Source: Ancylonema sp. (taxonomy: Eukaryota). Taken from it: 60,994 nt of DNA. Below the pieces are notes generated by a model that had not been told where the DNA came from, did not search any database, and saw nothing but the letters and a program-made list of their open reading frames with translations. Both the position numbers and the translations under genes were made by a program. Positions 50,431 to 60,994 of the stretch are shown piece by piece (positions within the stretch are counted from its first letter, which is position 1; each line of letters opens with the position of its first letter). The DNA lies in contig JBFLGF010000111.1 in assembly GCA_050230475.1 (NCBI GenBank), forward strand, positions 1 through 60,994, written 5' to 3'.

Positions 50431-51427
50431 TTTAAGATTCTTACATACAAGGAAAAGTTTCAAAAATATATATTGTAATCATATAGTCCGCATCAATCAA
50501 TACTTCGTGTATAGATTCTCTCATATAAATGATCTTAACCACCTGTGAAGAATGTTTTACGCTTACGCGGACAGTCCGTTGTGGCCAATTCCACCTGTTT
50601 CCACGAGAGACAATGAATTTACGTTAGCCCCATCCCTTGGCCCCACCCCCAAAACAAATAATTTTCCAGCCTCTTTTCCCCACCCTTGTCCCGGCCATCA
50701 ACATCGTTGCCCCAAACATGATAATGCACCGCCTTAGTAATGGAGTTGGCCTGTCACATTATCACCTAAAATCATTGTTGTGCTTTTTCCGTACGTGACG
50801 CGCACGCGTGCGCAAATCTTCCGCAAGGTGCGCACCCAGTTGTGCCGAAAATCCTCCCGCACCAAAAACTAGTTTGCATTAGACCACAACATGCATAAGT
50901 GCACATAAATGGCAGGGAAGGCCCTAAACGCCATTTGCCGAATAAAAACGTCTGAAAAACGTACGAACGGCCAGAATCCTCCATTGAAACAAGAATGTAT
51001 ATTTTTAATTTACTTCCGGACAAAAGGACTCGATATCAAGAATCATGTATGCAAACGGCTGCATGCAAACGGCACCCACGTATTGGTGCAACTAGTGATC
51101 ATAACACTACGGAATAGTGAGAACGAAAAAAAGATGCTAGGCTACACGCACAAGAAATTGTTCACTTTCACCATCTTGTAAACTACAAGTTGTAGTACAT
51201 AACACTCACGGACAAAATGGTATGGGTAAAAATAATGTGCACGCCGCGATGTTTCCATGAGTAAATGTTTCCGCGATGTTTCCGCAATACACGGGATCCC
51301 AAATCACCATTCACAATCGCAAAAATATGAGAGTGTTCAATACTCGTTTGACCTATGCGGACCTATCATAATGTATTCAGTATTCCATCATATTTTAAGA
51401 AACGCCTCATGTTCTTTTTTATTTTCT

Positions 51428-51611
51428 CCCCACCGCCGTCCAACGGCTCCAGCCGCCAAACAACCGGTTAAACGGCGGAATCGCGGTCGGACGGCGGAAT
51501 CGCGCTTGGGTGGCTGTCACAGCGGTTGGGTAACGGTCGGAGCGGTCGGCGGCGGCTGGCGGGCGGTCGACCGCGGACCGCATCCGATTCTGGCGCGCGG
51601 GTCCCACCCTC
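51428..51611. mobile_element. Right-end fragment related to the 36562-37422 MITE family
   Basis: CCCCACCGCC.TCCAAC.GCTCCA.CCGCC and GGCGGCTGGCGGGCGG are shared with 37228-37300. Ends in GGTCCCACCCT, the complement of that family's TIR. Confidence 0.6.
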
Positions 51612-51691
51612 GTGGGTCGCTCGCGACTCGCGATCGACATGGAAGCCTGGGGGGGTAACTTCCGACCGCCAAGTTTATGGGTAATCCTGCT

Positions 51692-52463
51692 CATAGTTGC
51701 ACCAATACGTGGGTGCCGTTTGCATACAGCCGTTTGCATACGGCCCATACATGATCCTTGCCGTATGTAGTTTTCCATACGGCAAGTATGGAAAACTACA
51801 TATGTAGTTTTTTTATATATGTATAGGTATAATACTTGTGCTGAAAATTTTCGGTACACATTTTCCAATCCGAAAATTATGCTGAGTCATTTTTTTTATT
51901 TTTTTTTGCTTGTCAATTATATCCATCCATTATTTTTGAGGTAATTATAACTAATTAATACACCTTCAAGATTTTGAGAATTGGTGATAAATGAAATTTC
52001 TTATCTCAAACTCCGCCTCCTTTTCATTTCATATTTCATCTTCTTTATTCCATTTTTATTATCCAATTCTCTCATGCTTGGTGTGAGAGGGAAAGAAATC
52101 AATTTAGCTCAACAATAAATACGAAGTTAAGTACTTATAGTCGCCTTCAAGTATCTATCCAAATCCTATTCGAATAGCATGTACCATAGGTACGTTTATG
52201 AAAATGTCGATCTAAGGGACACAGTAAGCCGCCGACTCGCTGACATACACCTACGCCTATACTTTCAATGTAGGCACAAAGCTTAGGTGTGCCACGTACG
52301 GTTACGGCTTGATCAGTTCTTGAACATCCATATCCGTGAAAATAAATTTTCAATATGAAATTTGTTAAACGATTTTTTTAGCCGACTGGAAGCGCCACGT
52401 ATGGCTGGCAAAAGTATAGCGTACGGCGTATGTAGTTTTTTTTGCCGTATGGGTGCAACTATG
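51692..52463. mobile_element. hAT-type MITE (CATAGTTGCACC TIR, CATACGG repeats)
   Basis: TIR CATAGTTGCACC/GGTGCAACTATG. TSD ATCCTGCT/GTCCTTCT (6/8). Confidence 0.82.
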
Positions 52464-54382
52464 GTCCTTCTTAACATAGCGTAACGTGAGATTTATCTTT
52501 CAGATTCAACCGGTTTTTGATTATTTCGGTAGCTGACCTCGAGACCTTCAAAACGCACTCTTTTTGGACGTCATCCAATTAGTGGAAGGGGTTGAAAACC
52601 TTTTTATATTGAAAATTCCGTTCACTTCTGGTTCAGGTTTAAGCTCGGCCTACATATTATTTTTTTGGCCCATTCACTTTTTGTTTTGACCCTTCATCTC
52701 GATATTTCAGACCGTTCATTTTGATTTTGAACGGACCAGATCAATTTATTCCGTTCACTCTACGCTAAAAATCGCCCGTTCATTCGTTCACTTTCGATCA
52801 AAGGCCTTATCTCGAGGAATCTTGAGGCCGAGCTTAGTCCGTTCACTTGTTGGCCACTAAAACGTTCGTTTCTCTCTCTCTCTCTCTCTAGTTGTTATCC
52901 TGCGAGAGGGTTCCTCTCGCTACCACAATATGCTCGCATCGAGTGAAATGTTCGTGAAATTAAATTCTTATATCCGTACGAAAATGGGTACTCCTTTCGG
53001 GTTGGCACGCTTTAGTTTCGAGTGCATCGTTCATTCTTCTTGTGACTAATTGTTCAATAGAATCGCCTTGATGTCCAACAGCCAATGGCATCGACTTCGG
53101 CAGTAATGAAATCCACCCAAATCGCCCTCAAAAATGTCCGCCAAGCAATACCATCACCTTCAGCGATGTCTACTCATCGAGATGATTGAATTTCACATTC
53201 TTTAGAAGGGTGTGAATCATAGTTGCGTCCCGGACCGTCCGGGAATCTCCGGACGCGTCCGGGACTTCTCCGGGCCCGGACTCGTCCCGGACGCGCCATG
53301 TGGTCTTTCACGCAGAAAAGAAGCGACATTACTTCGTGGCAGGTAGTACCAGCAGCCGGCAATCACTAAATTAACTGCAGCACATTCTCAGCACATTCTC
53401 CCTGCTCTCATAAATTCTATGAAGACGCACACCACATTGTTGCACAGCAAGCCTCGTAGAAATTCCGTTGGAACGACCAGAACTACGCTAAACCCGAAAC
53501 CCTGAATCCTTCCCGAGTAATGCCCCAACCGGACCTCAAACCACCGACACATCGTTCTCGAGAGCTTTAATACATGATTTACAGTACAGATGAGGGGCTA
53601 AAAGGTGTCTTACCCATGGCGCTAGATGTGGGGGGCCGATCAACGCCAGGCAGAGAGGGGACTCCTCAGTGTTTTTGGGTGCTTTGAAGCATTTTCCTGT
53701 GGTAGCAGCTGCCTAAGAGAAGCGTGCTTTGTGCGGTCAAGATGGACGTCTCAATATTTGACGGCGAAGATGGGAGCTTCCTACCGCGTTCGATTGAACG
53801 TGCCAATTTCGCCAGTAACGAAAAAGGACGATCACAAACCTGAACCCTGCGGAATAAATCCGTATGAACAATTAAGTGAGACCTCGATACACTGGAACTT
53901 GTCTAAATTACCACTGAATACACTCAAACCTCGATTTAACAAACTTCTTTATCATAAACTCTTCTTCGCTATCACAAAACATTTGCGATTTGTTTTTTAC
54001 GTTTTTGCACTCAATGTGATATATATATATATATTAGAAACATTCGCTGTAAGAAAAGTGTTTTTACCAAATTTTCAAGTGTATATCGGTGGTTGAGTGT
54101 TTATTGTTCTCCTACGCTTTAACCCCGATAAAAGAAACTTCGATATTACGGGTTTCTTATATGCGGTAAAACCCCTCCAAATTAAAATCCTTGAACAATC
54201 CAATAATTTTAATCGATTCATATATCGTATATTAATTTCCTTACATAATTTGTCGCAACCGCCTCTAGCCTCTAATTTGTCGCAGCCTCTAAATTCACAC
54301 ATAGAACTTGAGTGCGAACATTATCATAACACCTTCTCACGTCCTCCGATTCACGTATTGTACGTCCACATGTACCAAATAT

Positions 54383-55367
54383 CATCGTTGCACGGACCGA
54401 GAAGATTGGTTTTTCGGACCGCGGTCGGACCGGGTCCGGAGTCGGAACCCGGTCGGACCGGGGATCTTTTAGGGTTTTGTTAACCCGTGGCGATTTCCGG
54501 GGGGGAATGGACATATCGGGGAATTTTTGAGGGACACATTTTTCTTTTATTTTTACACGATGAACGATCCAACATGATAAAGAAAATACACATTTTTACG
54601 GGTTTTTTTTCTTCACGTTAAACCATTCAAAATCACGAAAGAAAAACCGAAAGTATCCTACTACAGTGCTCCCTCGATATAACGACCAAAAAACAATCCA
54701 TAAAAGTGTCGTTATATCGAGGTGTCGTTATACACTGTATAACGACATTTACTACCAGAATCTGGACTAGAATCTGAAATCTATGTCGTTGTATCGAGGG
54801 ACTTTGCGAATGAAGCAAAGTGAATAAGCAAATGTGTTTATGATGTGTTTCCCCTTGGCATGATTATTAATTTCAGCGTGTGTATTGATATACGATCTAT
54901 ACAAGTGCGTCATCCAATACATGCGGATGGACAAAATATACCACAAAATTTTACAAGGAGAGTTGGGGAGGTATTAAGGTCGTTACAAAGCAACACCAGA
55001 CACGCACATTCTATTAGACATATATAGAATTCTTTATAGAATTTGAGGTGCCGTTCTATATTTTTCTCGATTTCCATACATCGTTATTTGCGAGCAATAA
55101 CGTTATCTACACAGTATAACGACATTCAATAACAAATTTCTGAAATAATTTGTCATTATATAGAGTGTCGTTATGCTTATATCGAGGGCGATTTCATATT
55201 GATTGATTTTAAAACAGTTCAAAAAAAATGTCGTTTTACCGAGGTTGTCGTTATATCGAGGGTCGTTATATCGAGGGAGTACTGTACCGCCGGTCCGGCA
55301 TTTTGGCCCAAAAGGACGGACCCCGGCCCAAAAACCGGGACCTAGTCCACCGGTCTCTGCAACTATG
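54383..55367. mobile_element. hAT-type MITE (CATAGTTGCA family) nested in 53921-55544
   Basis: CATCGTTGCACGGACCG / CGGTCTCTGCAACTATG. TSD CCAAATAT/CCAAAAAC (6/8). GGACC repeats. Confidence 0.8.
54664..55284. mobile_element. Tc1/mariner (pogo-like) MITE, innermost of the nest
   Basis: 24-bp TIR CAGTGCTCCCTCGATATAACGACC (23/24 match), TA flanks. Confidence 0.92.
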
Positions 55368-56008
55368 CCAAAAACAGTAGCACACGCTAAAAGGTATGAC
55401 GACATAAATCAACGTGTCCAAACCTCGGTATAAGAAACATATTTGCGAGGTCTCCCATACATAGTTTTATACACAGTATTAGACATATTCGCTATGCGAA
55501 ACTTTTTTCAACATGTTTAGGTTTCTTACAAAGGAATTCAAGTGCATTTCTCGATATGGAGAGACCGATTGCGGGCACACCCTACCGACTGCGCGCAGTC
55601 TCTCCCTTAAGAAAATGCTAGGTTAAAAAGAGCATATCTATTAAACGTTTAATGACAAAACATTTCAAATATATTGTTGGGTATTGTTGAGGGGACCATG
55701 TAGTTGATATTAGCATTTTCTTTTTATTCCCAATCGATGTGGACTTAGAAAAACCTGAGAGCGTGCGGGCAATTGAAGGGGTGTGCCCGCAGTCGCTTGG
55801 GGGGTGTGCGCGCAGTTTAACCCTTATCTATATAGTGACTTCGACTCTTCAAACGCGTTTGGCCCCGAACGCGGGCACCGCCCGTCCGAGCGTTCACAAG
55901 TGGGTTCCATTTCGCGTTGAAAACGGGTCATGGTTTTTCTCATTTTGAAAAAAAAACAAATGTCGTTTTTTAAGAATCTCCGGATGGCATGGCGCTACAA
56001 AACGTCTT

Positions 56009-56771
<763 letters not shown>

Positions 56772-57992
56772 CTCCCCGAAATGAAGCAAAATTACATTTT
56801 TTAAGTTACAAAAAAAACTAAAAACACACACCAAAAAAAAAAGCTACAAACTCGATAGCAATGCAAGTTGATAGTAGGTTATTACATGTTGCTACAAAAT
56901 GTAAAGTTAACATTGCATTTTGTGAAGGAGAAAAGGCCACAACGAGCACTAGAAGTAGGTTGAGAAAGAAATGGAATATTGGACTGGAGGGGAGATGATG
57001 CACTAAAGCATGGTTGGAAAGGAAGAATTCGGTGTAATGATTCCGAAGGGAAGAGAATGTATGCTATTTCGGTACACATCTAGGTTATAACATCGAGAAC
57101 TCCGTCCATGTTGGACAAATAATATGTAAACTACATAGTTTTAATTTTATTATTGATTTAAAAAAAACATAATCTACAACCACGGGAAAAAACAAAAAAA
57201 AAATGTTCACACACCTTCTTTTTTTTTTCTAGCATTCCTTATTAAAACCCTTACATATTACGTGTAATCGCCATTTTGGCCATGTATTACGTAATTGAGC
57301 GAGTCGATGTAATTTGTAAGAGTACGGTAAGATTACTGTAAGAAACGGTAATTGACGTATTACGAAATGTAAAAAAAAACGTAAATGTAAAATTCACAAC
57401 CCTACTTTCTACAACCCTGGATTCCTAGTGATTATTTTATACTACCATCATCCTTGTAGGATGTGCGTTATCCGCTTCAAGGGGTCTAGTACTCTAATGT
57501 CACAGTGTTGGAACCCTTGCGGCACATAAATCTTTCTTTTTAGGACGAAGACGAGGGAGTAATCTATCGTGTGGGGGGGGCATTCACTTTCTATATGAGA
57601 ATATTAGGAGGCGCTCCATTTTCAAGTTCCTTTGTTTTTAGTTATGCATAGTTCAATTAGTTTGACTTTGCACTTAAGATAGGTACTTTTAATCAATCAT
57701 TTCAAGTACACGAAAGTTTTAGCGAGCGAAACGTAGTAGTAGGCAAGTCTGGCAAGTATGGCAAGTCTCGCATATATCATGTGGTTCAGACCTTTGCGAG
57801 ATGAATCTTGCTGCAAACAATCATTGAACTCGGTCAGTACCTTGGACAAATTTCGCATGCATTTCACGTTTCGCAACACATTTCTCGCATATTTGGCCAA
57901 AAGAAATCGTCACGCATACAAAATAATTGCAGCCCGTGTATAGAAAAAAAAAAAAACCCATGCATACATAGCAGACATAAGAACAATTGAAT

Positions 57993-58358
57993 TGATAAGT
58001 TTTCGGGGCTCTGAACTTTTGTTGTTACATCGATTTATCAGAAATCTCCGTTCTGGCTTCAAATTTTGTCGTTATTCAACAAATGCCGGCCGAACTTGGA
58101 AGTAATGATTTTGTGGACAAGCTCTGTGCTAGGACCCTCGCTACAGTCACAAGGGCTCCCTAGCGAGTTCCCCACACTTAGCGCTAGAGCGCCACTAGCC
58201 CAGATTTCCTTGTAGCGAAATCTGTCCCTATATAGCGAGATTTGTGTCCCTAGCGGCCGCTTGGCCCCTAGGGAGTATTCTGATGTATCCTTAGCCATGG
58301 CAGTTATGCCTTTAGCCAGATTTTGTTGTGTCATTAACATATTCCTAGTGAGTTATCA
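57993..58358 (+). mobile_element. LTR-like sequence related to the copia LTR at 59065
   Basis: First ~105 bp clearly similar to 59065-59170. TGATAA...TTATCA inverted ends. The 3' part is not similar and no TSD was found. Confidence 0.6.
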
Positions 58359-58507
58359 AAAATTGATCCTCGAGTCGACTAGGGTCAACTTTTCTATATC
58401 TAGTCCATAGGAATGCCTCTAGAGCATTCCTATCAACTCATGTATTTTGAACGTCTCTTGAGTTGACCATTATTATACCAAACCAATTCCATCCGGCTTA
58501 GGCCATC

Positions 58508-58996
58508 AAAAGGGTGGGGACCTGCAAGTTGTGGGGTATTCTGATGCGAGTCATGGTGATGATGTGGACACCGAAAAGGGCAGAGTTGGCTATGTGTTTC
58601 TGAGTGGTGGTGTTGTTGTGAGCTGGAAGAGGAGTCTTCTTGAGACAGTGACTCATTCCAGCTGTGAAAGTGAGCATTTGGCACTTAGTGATGCAGGCAC
58701 TCTACCTTAGCCACATGCAAAGGGAGTTGGGTGTTGGTGGGGTTGATGGAGTTCTTTTGCTGGGCGATAATGAAAGTTCCATGAAGATTGCTAAGATCCA
58801 CAAGCGTTTCAAACATATTGAGATCAAGCTTCATTCTATCAAGGAAAGAGTGGCAAAGAAAATGATAAAGCTTCAGGTTGTGAGGAGTGAAGACCAGGCA
58901 CCTGACATGTTTACGAAGCCTGTGTCTGTCAAAGTGTTGAAGAAAAATTGTGCCTTGGAGGGTTTAGTTGCTGAGACTTTATTTGTTGTTTTGTGA
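58508..58996 (+). pseudogene. Ty1/copia RNase H remnant
   Basis: VVGYSDASHGDDVDT...GYVFLSGGVVVSWK..HSSCESE, a frameshift, then GDNESS..KHIEIKLHSIKE..SEDQAPDMFTKP. Confidence 0.93.
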
Positions 58997-59064
58997 TGAT
59001 TTTGTGAAATCGATATTAGTGTTATCGTTTCTGGAGGGGGAAACAAAAGTACCTAGGGAGGGGG

Positions 59065-59446
59065 TGTTAGTTTTCTGGGGCTGTGAACTTTTGTTGTTAT
59101 ATCGATTTATGAGATCTCTTCAATCTAGCTTTAAGTTTTGTCGTTATTCAGCAAACGCCGGCGAAACTTGCATGTAGTGTGTGAGAATTGGCTAGAATCT
59201 TTGTTGTATTGAGAATATTCGTTGTATCGATTTTGTGGCCTTCTTGCTAGATATTTTAGCATTCGTTAGAACGATACATCCGACAAGGCATGTTTACTTA
59301 CGCCGAGTTGCGGCCGCCATAATTTTTAATCGGACTCTTTGCAATCAAGCTCGACTCTCTTGTATGGCATGTGGTGAATAAGTTTGATTCTGAAGATGGA
59401 AGTTATTGGGGTAAAGAAGGCATCACGGATGATGGTAACACTCACA
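59065..59446 (+). mobile_element. Copia LTR (3' boundary uncertain; alternative end at 59285)
   Basis: Preceded by polypurine tract AGGGAGGGGG. Starts TGTTAG and ends CTCACA. Followed by TGGTATTAGAGC at 59448, an 11/12 match to the tRNA-iMet PBS TGGTATCAGAGC. Confidence 0.7.
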
Positions 59447-60994
59447 GTGGTATTAGAGCAAGATATACGATCTTGGATGGCGACCGCGTGCCATTTCAAG
59501 CATGGCGGTCGAAAACATGCGCAATTTTAGACAATGAGGATTGTCTAGAAGTGTGTGAGGGGACTAAGTTGGAGCCCGAGGAGGTATTGCCTAATCGAGC
59601 AAATTATGATGAGATGGAAGAGTCCACGGAGGACCTGAAATTGTACCGGAAGAAATGCAAGTGCGCGGTCATGCTCATCATATCGCTCGTGAGCAACAGC
59701 ATCGCACGTGGTCTGTAAAAATACCGGAAGGATCGGGATCCAAAGGGGATGTGGGACAAGCTGATTCGTGATTATGATCAAGTCTCGCCTGAGCTTAGGC
59801 AACTCGCCAAGCAAAAGCTAAACTCGTTCAGAGTCGACGAATCTAAGAGTGTACGGGGGGACACTAGGGATGAGTTCACGGCTATCATAGAGGCCCTGGA
59901 ATACGCTGCCGGTTGGTCAGGTCATCAGCGAAGAGGACCAAGGTCATGGCGCTCTTTGCGGGGAAGATGCCGCGCAAGGAGTATGGAATCCTTAAGGCGA
60001 CATACTTCTCGCAGGTTGAGCCACCTGGCTTGAGCTGGATCTGGGGTCAGCTCAGTCGCAACGAGCTCTCGAAGGATGATCAGGAGAAAGCAGCAGCCAA
60101 GGCTGAAGCGCTAGTCGCGGAGGCCAACTATGCGAAGTGGAACCGAGCTGCTGGGAACGGTAATTATGGGGGAGGCCGTGTCGGTGAAGGTGGACGCGGG
60201 GAGAAGCGGATCTGGTCGAGGGGCAGGCGGTGGTCGCGGGGGCACAATCACGTGTTACTCGTGCGGGATCTCCGGTCACATCAGCAAAGACTGCCGTGAC
60301 AAGGGACAGATCTGCAATCAGTGCGAGGCCGTTGGCCGCAATGCCCGGTGCTGCTACGACAAAAAGAATGGGGTGCCGCCTGGCCGACGTGCTGCAGGAA
60401 AACAAAAAAACGCCCTGGTCGGAGAATTTGAGGACCTCGACCTCGGTCGTGGTGAAATTTGTTTTGGTGAAGCGTGCGTTGGGGATCTGGACGGCAAATC
60501 AGAATTTCTGATTGACGGGGGGGGCAGTTACCACACAGACGGCAGCATCAGCCATTTCTCGACTCTTGAAGACATTCCGCACGAGGTGGTGCTCTGGCAA
60601 CTCCAGGGTATGGTCCACGTGAAACAGTGGGGGACTGCTCACCTAAAGACGCATGGAGAATGTGGCGGCATCACCCTGCACAACTGCTTGTACATTCCTG
60701 GGATGCGCCTAAATCTCATTAGGGGGCAACGGATGCGGTAGGCCAAGTGGAGCTACACCTGTGTTGGGAAACCAGGCCAGATATTCCCTCTGCTGCGCGA
60801 GGACGGCAAGCAGGTTGCGACGATTCAGGAAATCCTGACAGGCCGCCACACCTTTATCTACAGTCCTCAAATTCGCAAAATCCTCTGCGATGGGGAAGTT
60901 GCGCTTGCCGATGTTGACGTCGACCACTTGCACGTGCGACTGGGGCATACAAAAAAGCGCGTGCTCACGGCCATGGCGAATGCAAATCTGGTGA
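59371..60994 (+). pseudogene. Ty1/copia gag-pol, degenerate, running off the window
   Basis: Gag N-terminus LDGDRVPFQAWRSK, MWDKL, zinc knuckle CYSCGISGHISKDC, protease FLIDGGGSYH..CLYIPGMRLNLI, GAG-pre-integrase HVRLGH near 60930. Contains stops and frameshifts. Confidence 0.93.

Larger units (their letters stand above)
53921..55544. mobile_element. Tc1/mariner-type MITE (same family as 17159-17689), interrupted by nested insertions
   Basis: Left TIR TA|CACTCAAACCTCGAT. Internal similarity to 17159-17689 stops at ~54382 and resumes at ~55376. Right end degenerate. Confidence 0.8.

Noticed and set aside
53218..53300. 83-bp palindromic CCGGAC cluster starting CATAGTTGCG
   Set aside because: Probably a decayed mini-MITE, but no TSD and a weak right TIR, so not called.

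Overview
This is eukaryotic nuclear DNA, most likely from a streptophyte plant or alga (inferred from plant-type CLB1/SYT7 and WAP homologues). Spliced genes reconstructed by hand: a KirBac-like inward-rectifier channel with a non-canonical filter, TTMGGA (minus, ~8.5-11.5 kb); the rRNA methyltransferase RRP8 (minus); a poorly defined hypothetical gene (minus); a CLB1/SYT7-type SMP-C2 protein (plus, apparently with one GA-AG intron); an EamA/DMT transporter (minus); and a WPP-domain-associated-protein (WAP)-like coiled-coil gene preceded by a rearranged, truncated paralogue (plus). Intergenic and intronic DNA is dense with hAT-type elements (8-bp TSDs, a different subterminal motif in each family) and Tc1/mariner-type MITEs, including a three-level nest. 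The window also holds a ~760-bp (GT)n tract and ends in a degenerate Ty1/copia structure ordered RNaseH-PPT-LTR-gag-pol. All family assignments come from motif recognition, not database searches.
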